A stretch of DNA of 64,000 bases from assembly GCA_003971905.1 (NCBI GenBank), contig RSEE01000013.1:868001-932000 (forward strand), given 5' to 3'. Position 1 is the first letter of the stretch, and the number at the start of each line of letters is the position of its first letter. The translations under genes and the position numbers were made by a program. Under the pieces are notes generated by a model, which was not told the DNA's origin, searched no databases, and was given only the letters and a program-made list of their open reading frames with translations. Source of the DNA: Moniliella sp. 'wahieum' (Eukaryota). Shown here piece after piece: positions 12,633 to 26,379 of this stretch.

Positions 12633-13101
12633 AGCACATGACTCGGCGCTTGTCGCCACCAATTGACACCCCTAGCAATACCAGCCCCCAAAACGGCACA
12701 ATGCAACTATAGCTTACCGCGAAACGCGGGGGCGGTGGTTCGGCCCTGGATACAGGGATATATGAAGCTTCTCCACCAGTGAGTGCCGCTCTTCGCTGAG
12801 CATGAGCGGGACAAGACAGAAGAGAAAGCGGCGATACAAGTGCAAGTTATGGGCCCATCGTCACCCTTACACCAGATGGTACAGTGTGCCATGCCCTCTC
12901 TGTGCATCATGACCCTAGCTACCCCCTGCGTTCCCTTTGTCGAGATCAACAGCCCCGTTCACATCCCACATCCTGTATAGCTCCATCATCATTGTCATAG
13001 ATCCAGTGCCTACTCAGCCTTGGTGGGCTTTCCAATACGGCGCACGCGCAGCTGCCAATGGCAGCACCAGCATTCCACCGTTCTATCCTCTCTTGCGGTC
13101 C

Positions 13102-15598
13102 TCATGCCGTTGGCTTGAGAGTCACATCTGACAGAATCTTGAAGGCTTCCCGATACACATCCAGCAGCGATTGCACCCGTTGCGCTCTGCTTTGATTGCT
13201 TCGTCCTCTTCTAGCAAGTTAGCAAAGAGGTTGTCCTTGTACAGCCCCTTGACCAGGCGGTTCTGTACCGAGTCCCGGGTAAAGTTGACGAGCAAGTGCA
13301 TGATAGCTTTGGGCACCAGATCCTCAACCATCTGTCGCACCACCCCAAAGTACGATGTGATCAGCCCTCGAATCAATGCCGTCTCCATCTCTTCTCGGTC
13401 CGACAGCATTGGCTGCGCTGCATCGCCGGGCATCGGGCCACGTCCAAATGTTTGTCCAAGACTTCATGTCGAACGCAGCGCTCGAGCCTTCCAGCCCCAC
13501 CCGCCCGGCCAAAAGGCTTCCACTACTTCGCGCTGGCGCGACAGGAGGTGCACCACCGAGCGCTGCCCCAGGCCCGGCCGTCGCACCGAAAAAGTAGGTC
13601 AGGAAACCGTCCCCTTGCTTGGGGCCGCCAGCAGCTGAGGCGTTGGTAGATTGGGACGAGGTCGAGAGCCGACCTTCGATTACCTGCACACCCGACCCTG
13701 TCTTCCGTTGCCGGCCAGCAGTGACCTCGCGGCCAAACGAGGGAGTTGCGGATTCCTCCACGTCACCGTCTGCACTCAGATCGGGGGAATCGGGGCGGTC
13801 TCCCTCCACGCCGAGGAGGCGGCGGCTAGTAGATCCGTGGTTGCTGCGTGCCTTGTGTAGCTGTTTGGTCTGTTCAGCGACCGCTGCCGAGTCGCGCACA
13901 AAGGCAGGATGGTTCGTGTTGATGTAGGCAGCCTGGATCGCGATCAAGCTCTGGACATACTCGCTCGTCGGGCCCAAGCGTTCCCGGAGCAAGTCCGAAA
14001 CCACCTCGATGAGCTGCGCATGCAATCGTGGGAAGCGTTGAAGTTCGGTATTGGTGATGTTGTGGCAAATCTTCATCAATTCTTCGTACACCAGCTCCAC
14101 GCAGCGCAGTGAAGGTGGCTCCAGGAGCTTGATCTGGGGTTTGATCAGTAGTTCGAACGCCTGCTCTGGAACAAAGAGGCTGGGACGGGGCCCTGTGCTG
14201 TTGCGAATGGCGGTCCGAATGTCGTGCACGGTCAGGTTGCTGGTTGGGTTCAGGCCTTCAAGCGCACTGCCAAACACATCATTGAAGATGTAGTAGATGC
14301 GTGCGCCGCCACAGAGTTCCTTGGTCGAGATCTCAAAGGACGTGCCATCAATCGACGCAACAAAGTCCCGGGCAAACTGGTCATCAGTTTGAGCACCATA
14401 GCGCCCTGCTCGTTCTGTCCACATAACCTGCATCGCCAAATGCAGCAAGTTCCTGCTGAGCTGGCCCACAAGTGTGTTGAGGCGGGCCTTCATGTCGGGC
14501 AGCTTTCCCGGATGTGGTTCATGAGAACCGTGTTGAGCGTGCGCGCCAGATACTTGGTCCCTGAGCGGTGGGCGATGCTGCGATAGGCGGGATGGTTCTG
14601 GAAAAAGTCCTGCTCGGCTTGGCGCGCCTCAAGCATGGAGACATTACCATTGATATCCTGCTGCGAGCGATTGACGACACCGATGAAGCCTAGCTTAAGG
14701 GGGTACACCCGCCCGGTGAGAATGTCCATGGCGTGCGTGCCACTGTCCATCAGGTCCAGCTTGGTCAGCACCCCGATAGTCCGCTGGCCCTGTGGGTCAA
14801 CACTCCGGGCAAGTTTGAGGCTATCGCTGTTGGCCAAGTCGACGTTGGCAGGGCTGATGGCAAGAATGATGCAGTTGGGTTTGGAAATGTAGTCCCGCAC
14901 CAGGTCGCGGATCTGACGCTCGATATCTGAAGGTTGGTCCCCGACCGGAATCTAACCAGAGTCAGCTGGGGGGCAAAAGCTGTGAGAGCGGCAGATGAAT
15001 GCGTACCTTGGTCAGCCCAGGCAAGTCGACAAGGGTCAAGTTGAGGACGTTGGGAGAATGGATCTTGAGATGGATTGGGAGCTTGGACACCCCCTTGTTT
15101 TGACCGGCGACTCGAAACGTTTCGTTCTCGATTTCGCGGCGGATTTCGGCAAAGTCGGTAAAGCGGCGGTCAAGATGAAGGAACTCGCCCCACTCGGCAT
15201 GCTGCGGGGGCGAGATCCGTGAGGTGCCGTTGAGACTGTCGTCGAAGTTGCCCTTGGACCCAAGCGCAGGGGTGTCGGAGGCAGGGGCGTGTGGATGAGC
15301 TGCAGTACCAGCGGGCGGCGGGTAACGATGCCGCTTCCGCGCGGGAGGAAGTCCTTTCCGACAATACTGGATGCCGAAGCCAACAAGGAGGGGAGATGGT
15401 CAGCTATGCCCACGCACCGGGAGGTTGGCTGCTACACTCACGTCTCAAGCACCGACGACTTGCCCGAGCTCTGGGCCCCGACGACGACACATTGTGGCAG
15501 GTCGACTTGGTCGCCTCCGATGGAGGCAAACGTCTCCTGGAGCTTGTTGACCGACTCGATCAGCGACGTGGGGGCGCAGGGCTGCCTGTCATGGTCAT
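13102..15598 (-). CDS. DNM1: Dynamin-related GTPase (mitochondrial/peroxisomal fission)
   Basis: [80 protein letters not shown] and GED segment [13 protein letters not shown]. Introns near 15370-15440 and 14953-15007. Confidence 0.92.
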
Positions 15599-16017
15599 GG
15601 AGGAGGAGGAGGAGGTGGTGGTGCGCCCGCAGCTGCCGCCTTCCCGCCACAGCGCGGCCAACACCAACCCCACGGCCAACCAACACTCAACCTCACTGCC
15701 GCCGTGCGGGATGCTCCGATGGACACTGCCCCTGTGGCGGACTGCGCTCTCTTCAGCGGGAGAGGCACGGGACCAGTGCTACCCCACCTGCCCCGTCCCG
15801 TAGCTTCCGAAGACGAGACGGCACTAGGGTTGTTGCCGAGCTAAGCGCTAAAGTACGGCCAGTCTCTAGTCTGCCCATCTAATAAGAGGCTCTGACGCGC
15901 GACGGCCACTCTGGCCGGCTTTCGCCTGCTTTCGCTTCTGCCCGTCTGCCTCGGCCTCTACCAGGGCGGATACCATGTAACAAGCGATGGATGCCGTGAT
16001 GCATGAAACATCTCGCC

Positions 16018-17957
16018 CTACTGGTCCGTAAACACCTCCAGCACAACCCCAGCGGCCACTGTCTCCCCGTCCTTGCGGAGCAGCAACCGGGCCATGTCCT
16101 TGTTGGTCTTGACGTCCTCCAGTGGCACGCCCTTGCTCTGCCCCGCTGCCCCACCTGCATGCAGCACAAGCTTCACCTCGGCAGAGCTGTTATGACCCAG
16201 CACACGGGGCTTCCGCCGCTTGACTTGGCCCGTCGATTTGTCCAGCGTAGCAATCAGCTCGGCCAGCGTGGCGGGCGTATTGGACGAATGGTGGAACACT
16301 TCGAGTGCGGTGCCGGCAACAGCGGGTAGGTGGGCTGGAAGACAATGATCTGAGCCCGAGCTGAAGTGGCCAAAGGAACGAGCGCATTGGGCGGGCACAG
16401 CACCGACCCCACCCCCACGTTGATTGATCCATCCCACTTAGATAGAGGGTCACGCTCGACCCCGCTGCGGCCCATTGAACCGCTTCGCCATCCTTTTCGA
16501 TGGTTCTGACTAGCCCGGATTCATCCCCGGGTACCGCCCGCACCACCTCTCCCACTTGCACCACTCCACTTACAATTCGCCCGGACACGCCCAGCCTGAC
16601 GACAAGGCTGACTGGCTCTTGAACACGTTGTCACTGGCAGGCGAAGGGGGGCATCGAACTGCCGGACCGAGGGGTCAAGTTTGTCCAGGACTTCTACCAC
16701 CGTTGGGCCCTTGTACCACTGAGCCAGGAGGCCCTTCTCATTCCGCTCCGCGAGGTTCTCTCCGACAGCGGCACCGCAGGGCACAAAGGACACCTTGGCC
16801 AAATTGAAGCCCGTGTGGGCGAGAAAGGGCTTCATCTCCTCCACAATCTCCGTATAGCGGCCCTCGTCGTATTGAACTGCATCCATCTTGTTGACCACCA
16901 CAACGAGTTGCTGCACCCCCAAGCTGCGAACGAGAAGAGCATGCTCGCGGGTTTGACCCTGGGAGCTGAAGCCCGCTTCAAACGCATTGATCCCCGCGTC
17001 AATGACAAGAACTGCGGCATCAGCCTGCGCAGCACCACTAATCATGTTGGGGATAAAGTCTCGGTGGCCGGGGGCGTCCAGTAGGGTAAAGTGGCGCTTG
17101 GGCGTCTCAAACGTGTCCTGGGCCACGTCAATGGTCACCCCACGTGCTCGCTCCTCTTCCGAGCTGTCCAATGCCCATGCATAGGCAAACGACCCTTGCC
17201 CAGCTTGCTGCTCGCCGCTCATTCTGCCCGTGCTCTCTCGCACTCAGAACCCAAGTTCAACCAACAGTCGACCCATCATGGTCGATTTGCCCGCGTCTAC
17301 ATGCCCCACCACCACCAAACTGAGCGCTGGCTTGCCCTGCTCAGCCTCTTGCTTGGCCAACTCTACCACCTTTTCGGGGGACATGTTGAGGCGAGGGGTA
17401 GGCGTCGCAGGTGGGGTGGGCCGGACACTGGAGCCGCTCTCGGAAGCGCTGCTGGGCCCGGGGGGGTGAGATGGACACTGTCTATTCCGGAGCGCAGTTT
17501 TTCCACCGCGGGATTGGCGGCCTTTTTTGCAGCTAGAAACGTGGGTCAGTCAAAGTCCATCCAGGGAGAAAGAGACGACCCTGCTGTTCTTGTTTTTGCT
17601 TCTTTTTCCGATCCTTTGCCTCCTTCTTTTGCTTCTCCTTGATCAAATGGTCCAACGTCCCTTCCACATCAAAGTAAGAATCCCACAGCAGATCCTTGAT
17701 TGCGCGATCGGTAAAGTCCGAGTTGGGGCCAAGAACCGACTTGACCTGGCTCAGCGCAGTTTCAAGTTCAAAGCGCGAGTCTTCGTCAATGTCTGCGATT
17801 AGCAATCAGACTGTCAGCCTCGCCCTACGCCATGGCCATCAACAGTATGCCCGACTAGGAGTGATAACGCACCATACGGGTCCAACTCGTCGGAGAAGTT
17901 GTCCTCAGCAAGCTCCTCGTCTAGATCCAGATTCCTGACGGCGCGATGGCGAGACAT
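16018..17957 (-). CDS. HBS1: Hbs1 translational GTPase (eEF1A/eRF3 family)
   Basis: N-terminal MSRHRAVRNLDLDEELAED and LWDSYFDVEGTLD (HBS1_N-like), followed by GHVDAGKST, SFAYAWALDSSEEERARGVTID, LDAPGHRDFIPNMISGAAQAD, NKMD and LRKDGETVAAG. Confidence 0.9.
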
Positions 17958-18544
17958 GATGGAGGCCAGCGGCGGGAGATGGTGGGTGGCTGACAAGCAA
18001 CTCAACCGCAGCTACCCCAAAGGTGGTCCGAGCTGTTGAATTTGAGGCGGGATCAAGCTCAACATTGAAACATGTGATGTCCAGACACGATGCATGATGC
18101 ATGGTGTGGTGGATGACCGCCTCTTCCAGCAGCCGGTCCGATGCGATGCTCCCCCGGCGCCAGAGGACGGAAGGGCGAATGCGAGGCAATGGAGGCGACC
18201 GGGACGGAGGCAGATGCGCGCCGAGGGAACGCAGGGGCAAGCACTTCACCTTGACGTTCCAGTCGATCCAGGTGGTCATATTGGGGCAGCAGCTCGAACA
18301 GCCTGCCACCGGCTGCCACGAACAGGCGTGACGTCACGCGTCAGGCGCCAATAATAACCCGCTCGGACCGCCAATTCTTCTTCTCAGGTCGAAAAGAATT
18401 ACGTCATCCATCCATTCCAGGCTTCTCGCCAGTTGCGTTTTCTCTTTTTCGACACTCGACACGCACGACCCACACTCGCTCGCTCCCAGTTCCGGCCGTG
18501 CACGCCTGCCTGCTTCCCACCACCACCTCCTCCTTCCCATCACA

Positions 18545-19808
18545 ATGCCAGCCGCGAAGACTGCCACGTCCACCTCCGCCCCTGCCTCTGCTGCGTCCTT
18601 CATGGACGTCGAGGTGCCCAAGGTACGCCACATTCGCTGCCGCACACGCTTCTGCAGAACCCGTTCGCGTGTCGAGTACTGACCCTCTCTGGGCTCTGTT
18701 GACTCCCAGTACCGCGCGGCTGGTGAGCCGCAGCTGCTGCGCTGGGCAAGGTTCTGTCCGCCGCTGTGGCCGGTGCCAAGATCATCGACCTTTGCAAGGT
18801 TGGTGACGACGCTCTGGCCGAGGCGCTAGCCCAGGCTCCCTTCAAGAAGGCCACCAAGGGCATCGCCTTCCCTACCACGGTGAGCGTGAACCATATCATC
18901 TGCAACTACTCGCCTCTGCCCGTCAAGACCTCGCTTAACCCAACCGAGGCCAGCTGGCTGCCCAAGAGCAAGCTGAGCAAATTACCGAGCTGAAGGATGG
19001 CGACGTGATCAAGGTCCAGCTTGGTGCGCACATTGATGGCTTTGCCGGTATCCTTGCCGAGACGGCCGTGGTGGGTGCGACCGAGGTCACCGGCCCCAAG
19101 GCCGACCTGATTGCCGCTGTTAAGGTTGCTGAGCAGGTTGCCTTGCGGCGCTCAAGGTGGGTGCGACGAACCATGAGGTGGCTAAGCAGATTGAGGAGGC
19201 GGTCAAGGAGTTCACTGGCGTGCGTCTTGTCGGTGACATGCAGACCAACCTTATGTCCCAAAACGTGGTCGATGGCAAGAAGAAGATTGTGCTGTCCCCC
19301 GAGTCGGGCGCACGGCCAGACACGGTCAAGATCGAGGCGAACGAAGTGTATGGGTTTGACCTGAACTTGACCACGTCCAAGTCGGGCAAGGCAAGTCGGG
19401 TGCTTACCCAGCCACCATCTTCAAGAAGACTGGCCAGACGTACCAGCTCAAGCTGGAGACTGCCCGCAAGGTCTTTGCTGCTGTGTCCAAGAAGGCGGGC
19501 TCGTTCCCCTTCCAGCTCGGCTCGGTTCTGCCTGAGTCGGAGCTCGTTCGCGCTCGGTTCGGTATCCAGGCTGCCGCCTCGCACAACCTGGTTCAGCCGT
19601 TCGAGGTGCTGTACGATGAGAAGGATGCATTCACTGCCCAGGTCTTCTTCACGGTTGCTACCAACGCCAAGGGCGCCATCCGCTCACGCCCGAGAATGCC
19701 GGTGGCTTTTACACCCCGGAGAAGATCAAGTCCACCCAGGCAGTGAAGGACGCCAAGCTCCTTGAGCTCCTTGCCCAGCCGGTGCGCATTCCCAAGAAGA
19801 AGAACTAA
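18545..19808 (+). CDS. PA2G4/Ebp1/Cdb4-like M24-fold protein
   Basis: GAKIIDLCKVGD, KGIAFPTTVSVNHIICNYSPL, VKVQLGAHIDGF-like segment, DGKKKIVL, EANEVYGFD and a C-terminal KKKN. Intron ~18623-18708. Confidence 0.85.
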
Positions 19809-20075
19809 GATTGCGTGGTAGCAGTTGCGAGCATCCAACTTTTATCTTCTGTCTATCTGGCGTCCATGCATGATTATCCGCTCCCGTCTGCGTCAACGGC
19901 ACCACCCATAGCAACAGCACCAGTCCGGCTGGGGCTCGTCACATCCTAGGGTTCCCTCATAGCAGGCAGAAGCTCTGCTTCCCAATGTACTGCATTGTAA
20001 TTGATCGAGTTGATGTTGGTGCTAGCCCATGACGGAGGAAAACAAGGGTAGGGATTGAGGGTTAACAATCCTCAG

Positions 20076-20315
20076 CTAGGCAACGCGATCGGTAGGGGCC
20101 GGCCAGGCTTCTTCGTGCCGGGCCAGCATCTGGTAGTGTGCCTCGGTATACTGGGCGGGTCCGCGGCGCATACGGCGGCCCATGTGGCTGAGAAGCTCCT
20201 GGCCCATGCAAGATGAGAGAAAGCACCAGACCAGCGCCAGGAAGCAGAAGAGCGCCATGGCCACCAAGGTCCAGATGAGCTTGGCGCTCAGTTGCTCCGC
20301 TTCATCCTGCGCCAT
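20076..20315 (-). CDS. Small single-pass membrane protein (79 aa), hypothetical
   Basis: Intact ORF with ACGATGG context, one hydrophobic segment (LIWTLVAMALFCFLALVWCFLSSC) and a basic cytosolic side. Divergent from NOG1. Confidence 0.55.
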   Translation of the reverse strand: MAQDEAEQLSAKLIWTLVAMALFCFLALVWCFLSSCMGQELLSHMGRRMRRGPAQYTEAHYQMLARHEEAWPAPTDRVA

Positions 20316-20745
20316 CGTGGGGAGGGAGGGATGGTGTCAGGCAGCGGACATGAACTGATGGAGGAACACAGGGAGGACGGGAATCAGCGCGAGTCGCGGC
20401 CGTAGTCGCAGGCGCCAACAAAAGACATACCCGCCCGAATGGAAGGATTGGTAGGAGGCGTCCGAGGCTGGAGGAGGTCGGGGGCGTGGGGTGCCCTAGA
20501 GTGTGCCCCGGAGTGTCCAGGTGAGCGTCCCCCCCCCCGGTGTCCAACCACAAGGAGGCCACCTTGGATCGGTGCAACTCCTGCGTCCATTCCGCCCTAG
20601 GGGCCCACCTGCGCCCAATTCCGCTGGGTATTTTTTTTGCGGCGGGCCAGCGACGGGAGCTACAGCCAGCAGATCGGCCGCCGTCTCTTCCTTCCTGCTG
20701 CCACCACCTTGGACACTCCCTCGATCCTCCCCCCGCCCGCCCGCC

Positions 20746-22796
20746 ATGGCGACGTTCAAGAGCAACATTGCGCCTGTCCCGACCGCAAGCGATTTCTTGG
20801 ACATTGTCCTGTCCAAGACGCAGCGCCGTACCCCCACTGTGGTCCATCCAGGATGGAAAATCACCCGTATCCGCAGCTTTTACATGCGCAAGGTCATGTT
20901 TACTAAGGACTCCTTTACCGAAAACTCGCTGCTATTCTTGAAGAGTTTCCCATTCTGGATGTATGTTACCCACCCCTGGTCGTTGGTTTTCCGTCGCTGA
21001 CCTTTGCTCTTGCCGCCGTCAGAACTTGCACCCGTTCACTGCGTCGCTCATGAACGTCCTGTACGACAAAACCACTACAAGCTCGCCCTGGGCCAGCTCA
21101 ATACTGCCAAGCACCTGATCGAGCAGGTTGCCAAGGACTACACACGTCTCCTCAAGTACGGTGACAGTCTGTACCGCTGCAAGCAGCTCAAACGTGCTGC
21201 CATGGGTCGCATGGCTACTATCATGCGCCGCCAGAAGGATTCCCGCATACCTCGAGCAGGTCCGCCAACACATCTCCCGTCTGCCCTCCATTGACCCCTC
21301 AGCCCGTACACTGCTCATTTGCGGCTACCCGAACGTGGGCAAGTCCAGCTTCATCAACAAGGTCACCCGGGCGGATGTGGATGTGCAGCCGTATGCGTTC
21401 ACGACCAAGAGCCTGTTCGTGGGCCACATGGACTACAAGTACCCCCTGCCGCGGTGTGATTGACACCCCCGGTATCCTTGACCATCCCCTTGAGGAGATG
21501 AACACGATTGAGATGCAGTCCATCACCGCGTTGGCCCATCTGCGCTCGGCTGTGCTGTACTTTATGGACTTGTCTGAACAGTGCGGCTACACGGTCGAGG
21601 CCCAGGTCCAGCTGTTCAACTCGATCAAGCCCCTGTTTGGCGGCAAAGCCCACCTTTGTGGTCGTCAACAAGGTCGACGTTCTCCGCCCGGCCGATCTGG
21701 ACGAGCCGCGGGCCAAGCTGCTGCAGTCCATCGTTGATGAGGGCGCTGGCAAGGTCCACCTCATGGAGGCTTCCACGTTTACCGACGAGGGCATCATGGA
21801 TGTGCGCAACGCCGCTTGCGACGCCCTGCTTTCGCTCCGTGTCGAGGCGAAATCCAAGTCGCACAAGGCAACTCAGGATGACGTTCTGAACCGTCTGCAT
21901 GTTGCCATGCCCAAGACGCGCGACAATGTGGAACGGAAACCCTTTATTCCCGCGGCGTTGCCGTTCGGGCCAAGTACGACAAGGAGGATCCTAACCGGCG
22001 CAGGCTCGAACGGGACCTGGAGGCGGAGAACGGTGGGCGGGCGTGTACTCGTCGGATCTGCGCAAGAACTATCTGCTGGAAAACGACGAGTGGAAGTACG
22101 ATGTGATTCCCGAGATTGCGGATGGCAAGAACATTGCCGACTTTGTTGATCCCGACATTCTGGAGAAACTCGAGGCGTGGAGAAGGAGGAGGAGAAGCTG
22201 GAGGCGGAGATGGCTTCTATGACGAGTCGGACGAGGAGGTTGATGAAGAGGCTGATGAGATCCGTGCGACCGCCAAGGAGATCCGGTACAGGCAGGCGGT
22301 GGCCAAGCAGGATGCCAGCGGCGCAAGGCTAAACATACTGCCGTCAAGATCCCGCGCAAACTGCAGCAGCACTCGATCAGCGAAATGGGTACCAAGCTTC
22401 GCGAGTCGGGCATTGACCCTTCCAGCATCGAGGCTCGTGCTGCCGTCCTGGCCAAGGCCAAGGCTGGACAGCAAGCGGAAGCGCCGCGATGAGGATGAGG
22501 AGATGGGCGAGGCAGAGGAGGCGATGGACACGGGCGACGCTCCCCGCCGCAAGGCACGCAAGAGCAACGAAGGCCGTGGCGTCGCGACCAAGTCCGGCAC
22601 CAAGCTTGGCACCCGCTCTACTGCTGGTCTCAAGGACGAGGCACAGGCCAAGAAGGCCCTCAAGCTCCACGACCTCTCCATCCGCCAGCGCAACTACCAT
22701 GGGCACCAAGGCGAAGGCGACCGCGCCATCAAGGAGGCACGGCCTCAGTGGCTTTACCGCGGCAAGATGTCTGCCGGCACCCGCCGCAGCCGGTAA
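20746..22796 (+). CDS. NOG1: Nucleolar GTP-binding protein 1
   Basis: [82 protein letters not shown] and C-terminal GEGDR...LYRGK. Intron ~20960-21023. Confidence 0.95.
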
Positions 22797-23406
22797 GCTA
22801 CCGATCCAGCCTTGGCTTGCCCTGGCGGTGGCGGTGGCAAGGGCAAGGCCGGAGCGTGTTGATCCTAAGGGATGCTTTTGCTTTCAGGTCTCATGTACTA
22901 TTACTTCCCCCCATGGAACTCCCTCTCCCTTTCCTCAAACAATGCTCGTTATTACCCGAACCAGGCCCCCTCCTGTCCTTAGCAGCTCTTCTCATAGGGT
23001 ACCAGTTACTCAGTAAATGGGCCTTAGCCAAACCGGTCTGGGTCCTCCTCCCTGATGTGCCCGCTGAGCCTGGAAGGAATCGTTTTTGAAGTTGAGACGA
23101 GACCAACACAGTGCGCCAGGAAAGGCTGCGACAGTCCTACTATGATCGATGGACAAAGAAATGGGAAGGTGTGAATTCTCGAGAAGCCCAAACGGGGGAG
23201 AGGTTGGATTGATTATTGGCCATACAACTAAGCCTTAGGCCTTGGCCCAGCCCAGGCCACAGTCTCCTCTCAGAACAACAAAGAGGATGAAATGAGAAAA
23301 CCACTTCCCTAACAGCCTGGAAAGGAAAAAACAAGGCAGGATGAACATGAACCGACCAAATGCAGCGCGGTCGCATAGATTGGCTCAAACGACCAACGAC
23401 CACACC

Positions 23407-24124
23407 TTAGAAGTCCCCATCGTCCTCGTCGGGAAGCGGAGCGGCGGCGGCCGTGTCGAGCTCCTGCTGGTACTTCTGCATGAGAGCCGCGTCGACCTGG
23501 ACTCAGGGGGCGCAAGGGCAGGAGCAGCAACAAACTCGAGGTTGTTGTTGCCAACGAGCTTGCGGGCGAGCCAGAGGAAGGGCTTTTCAAAGTTGTAGTT
23601 GCTCTTGGCAGAGATCTCAAAGTACTGCAGGTTCTTTTTGCGGTGGAAGGTGACAGCGCCCGTCTTGACCTTGCGCTCCTTGACGTCGACCTTGTTGCCG
23701 CAGAGAACAATGGGGATGTTTTCGCAGACACGCTCCAGGTCGCGGTACCAGTTGGGCACGTTCTTGTACGTGATGCGCGACGTAACGTCAAACATGATGA
23801 TGCCGCACTGGCCCTGGATGTAGTAGCCGTCACGCAGGCCACCGAACTTCTCCTGGCCAGCGGTGTCCCAGACGTTGAAGACGATGTTGCCAAAGTTGGT
23901 GTGGAAGGAGAGAGGGTGGACCTCGACACCGAGCGTGGCAATGTACTTCTTCTCAAACTCGCCCGTCAGGTGGCGCTTGACGAACGTCGTCTTGCCGGTG
24001 CCGCCGTCGCCGACTAGAGGGGGAGGGGGGGGGCACAGTCAGGGGAGCTCGGCCGCGGGCAAGGCATGAGAGGAGGAGGGCACGCACCGAGCACAAGCTT
24101 GAAGGTGGGGACCTCGGCAGCCAT
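23407..24124 (-). CDS. GSP1: Ran GTPase
   Basis: [12 protein letters not shown] [intron ~24015-24087] [47 protein letters not shown] and acidic tail LPDEDDGDF. Confidence 0.97.
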
Positions 24125-24617
24125 GGGGGGACAAGAGCGGGGCGCGAAGGGGATGGAGGAAGGGGCGGGTCGAGCAGCAGCGGGCGGGCCAAGTGGGACG
24201 CTGGGCGTGCAGACGGCAGGCTGGACGCTACGCTCGCCTGCGACGGCCGCCGGCACACCAACACGGGGCACGGCGCCTGTGCGGGCCGATGCGCGCAGCC
24301 AGCCGCCGCCGCGCGGCGCGGGGGCTGTGTGGGGCCTGGGCAGGCGAGGTGCGGCATGCGTGTCACCGGTGGAGGCCTAGGGTTGGCGGGTGGGCACGCG
24401 AGGGCAGGGCAGCGCACAGGCAGCTTCCAGTGGAGGGCGCTTGAACGTTCACTGGGGCGGGGAAAGTTGAACGTTCAAGCGCATGCGTTTCTCCGGCGGA
24501 AAAATACCCCCCGGGCAGGGCAGACAAATTCAGCGGGCGAAGCAAGTTGGCGAGGCACACACCCCGTATATCCCGCCCCCACCGCCTCTGCTCCGTCTTC
24601 CGTTCTGGCTTGCGGCC

Positions 24618-26379
24618 ATGCCCACCCTCGCGCTCCCGCTTGCCCGCGCCTCCGCCACGCGCGCGACCGCACGCCGCGCCGCACGCATCGCTGCTGGGCC
24701 AGCGTCTGCGCTGCGCCTCGTTCGCCGCCCTCTCGCCCCGCCCCCGCGGGGCGCTGCGCCTGCCGCGCTTGTGTCCGCACGCTCCTACTCGGCCCCCGCC
24801 GTGCAGCGCTCTGCAGTCTACGCCCAGCTGACGCCCCAGGATGTCGATGCGCTCGCCGGCTGTCTCGCCTCGCCGTCCAGTGGGCTGCTCACCTCCCTCG
24901 CGCCCGCCAGCGCAGCCACTCAGGTCGCCCGCGTCGAGCCGGCCGAACTCGACACGTACAACCACGATGGATGGGCAAGTATGTGGGCAAGGCACAGGTC
25001 GTGGTCAAGCCCAAGACCACCGAGGAGGTGTCCAAGGTGCTCAAGTACTGCCACGCACACAACCTCGCCGTTGTCCCGCAGGGCGGCAACACGGGCCTCG
25101 TGGGCGGCGGCGTGCCCGTGTTTGATGAGGTCATTATCAACCTCGGCAACATGAACTCGATCCGCACCTTCGACCCTGTGGCTGGCACGCTCGTGTGCGA
25201 TGCTGGAGTATCGAGATGCTGGACAACGAGCTGGCGGACAAGGGGTACATGATGCCCCTCGACCTTGGCGCCAAGGGCACCTGCCAGATCGGGGGCAATG
25301 TGGCGACCAACGCGGGTGGGCTGCGCTTCCTCCGTTATGGCACGCTCCATGGAAACGTCTTGGGCCTCGAGGTCGTCCTCGCCGACGGGACGATTGTGAA
25401 TGGTCTGAGCACCCTGCGGAAGGACAACACGGGATACGATCTCAAGCAGCTCTTCATTGGTTCCGAGGGCACCCTCGGCATTATCAGGGAGTGTCCATCA
25501 TCACGCCCAAGAAGCCCTCGGCGGTGAATGTTGCCGTGTTTGGTCTCGATTCCTTTGACGGGTGCAAGAGACGTTTGTCAAGGCTAAGCAATTCTGCGGC
25601 GAAATCTTGTCCGCGTTTGAGTATGTGGACCAAGATGCGTTTAATGTGGTGCAGAAACACACTTCCTCCAAGGATCCGTTTGAACAACGGTATCCTTTCT
25701 ATGTGCTGATCGAGACGAATGGCAGCAACAGTGAACACGACGAAGAGGTGCGTTGCTGACCCCTCCTCCCCCTTACGCTGCTCGCTAACCCATCGTCAGA
25801 AACTTAATGGCTTGCTTGAGAACCTGATGGAGACCGAAACTGTTGTCGATGGTGTGGTGCCCAAGACCCAAGCCAAGCGTCCAAGCTCTGGTCTCGCGCG
25901 AGCTCATCCCCGAGGCTGCCGGGAAGGAGGGAAAGACATACAAGTACGATTTGAGTATCCCCATTGCTGACATGGAGCAACTTTCTCTCCATCTCAAGCA
26001 GTACTTGCGTGACCAAGGTGTCTGGGCCGGGGAAGATGGCAAGGGCGTTCGTGATCTCGTCTCCTTTGGCCACATTGGAGATGGAAACCAGCACATCAAC
26101 GTCATTGTTGACCGGTTTGACCCGTGTACGAAAACGCGATCGAGCCCCATATCTATGAGTGGGTCAGCGCACACAAGTATGTCCTCCCTTCCGATTGCAT
26201 GATGATGTCCTGACCTTTTCGCTAGGGGCTCCGTCTCGGCCGAACACGGTTTGGGATTGATGAAGGCTACCAAAATCGGGTACAGCAAGAGTCCGGTGCA
26301 GATCGAGATGATGAAGAAAATCAAGCACCTGTACGACCCCAAGGGGATCCTTAACCCGTACAAGTACATTCAAGTCTAG
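24618..26379 (+). CDS. DLD2: FAD-linked D-lactate/D-2-hydroxyglutarate dehydrogenase, mitochondrial
   Basis: Arg/Ala-rich presequence, [83 protein letters not shown] and [11 protein letters not shown]. Confidence 0.92.

Noticed and set aside
18059..18410. Small ORF or uORF upstream of HBS1
   Set aside because: No ATG-initiated coherent frame and no recognisable motif.
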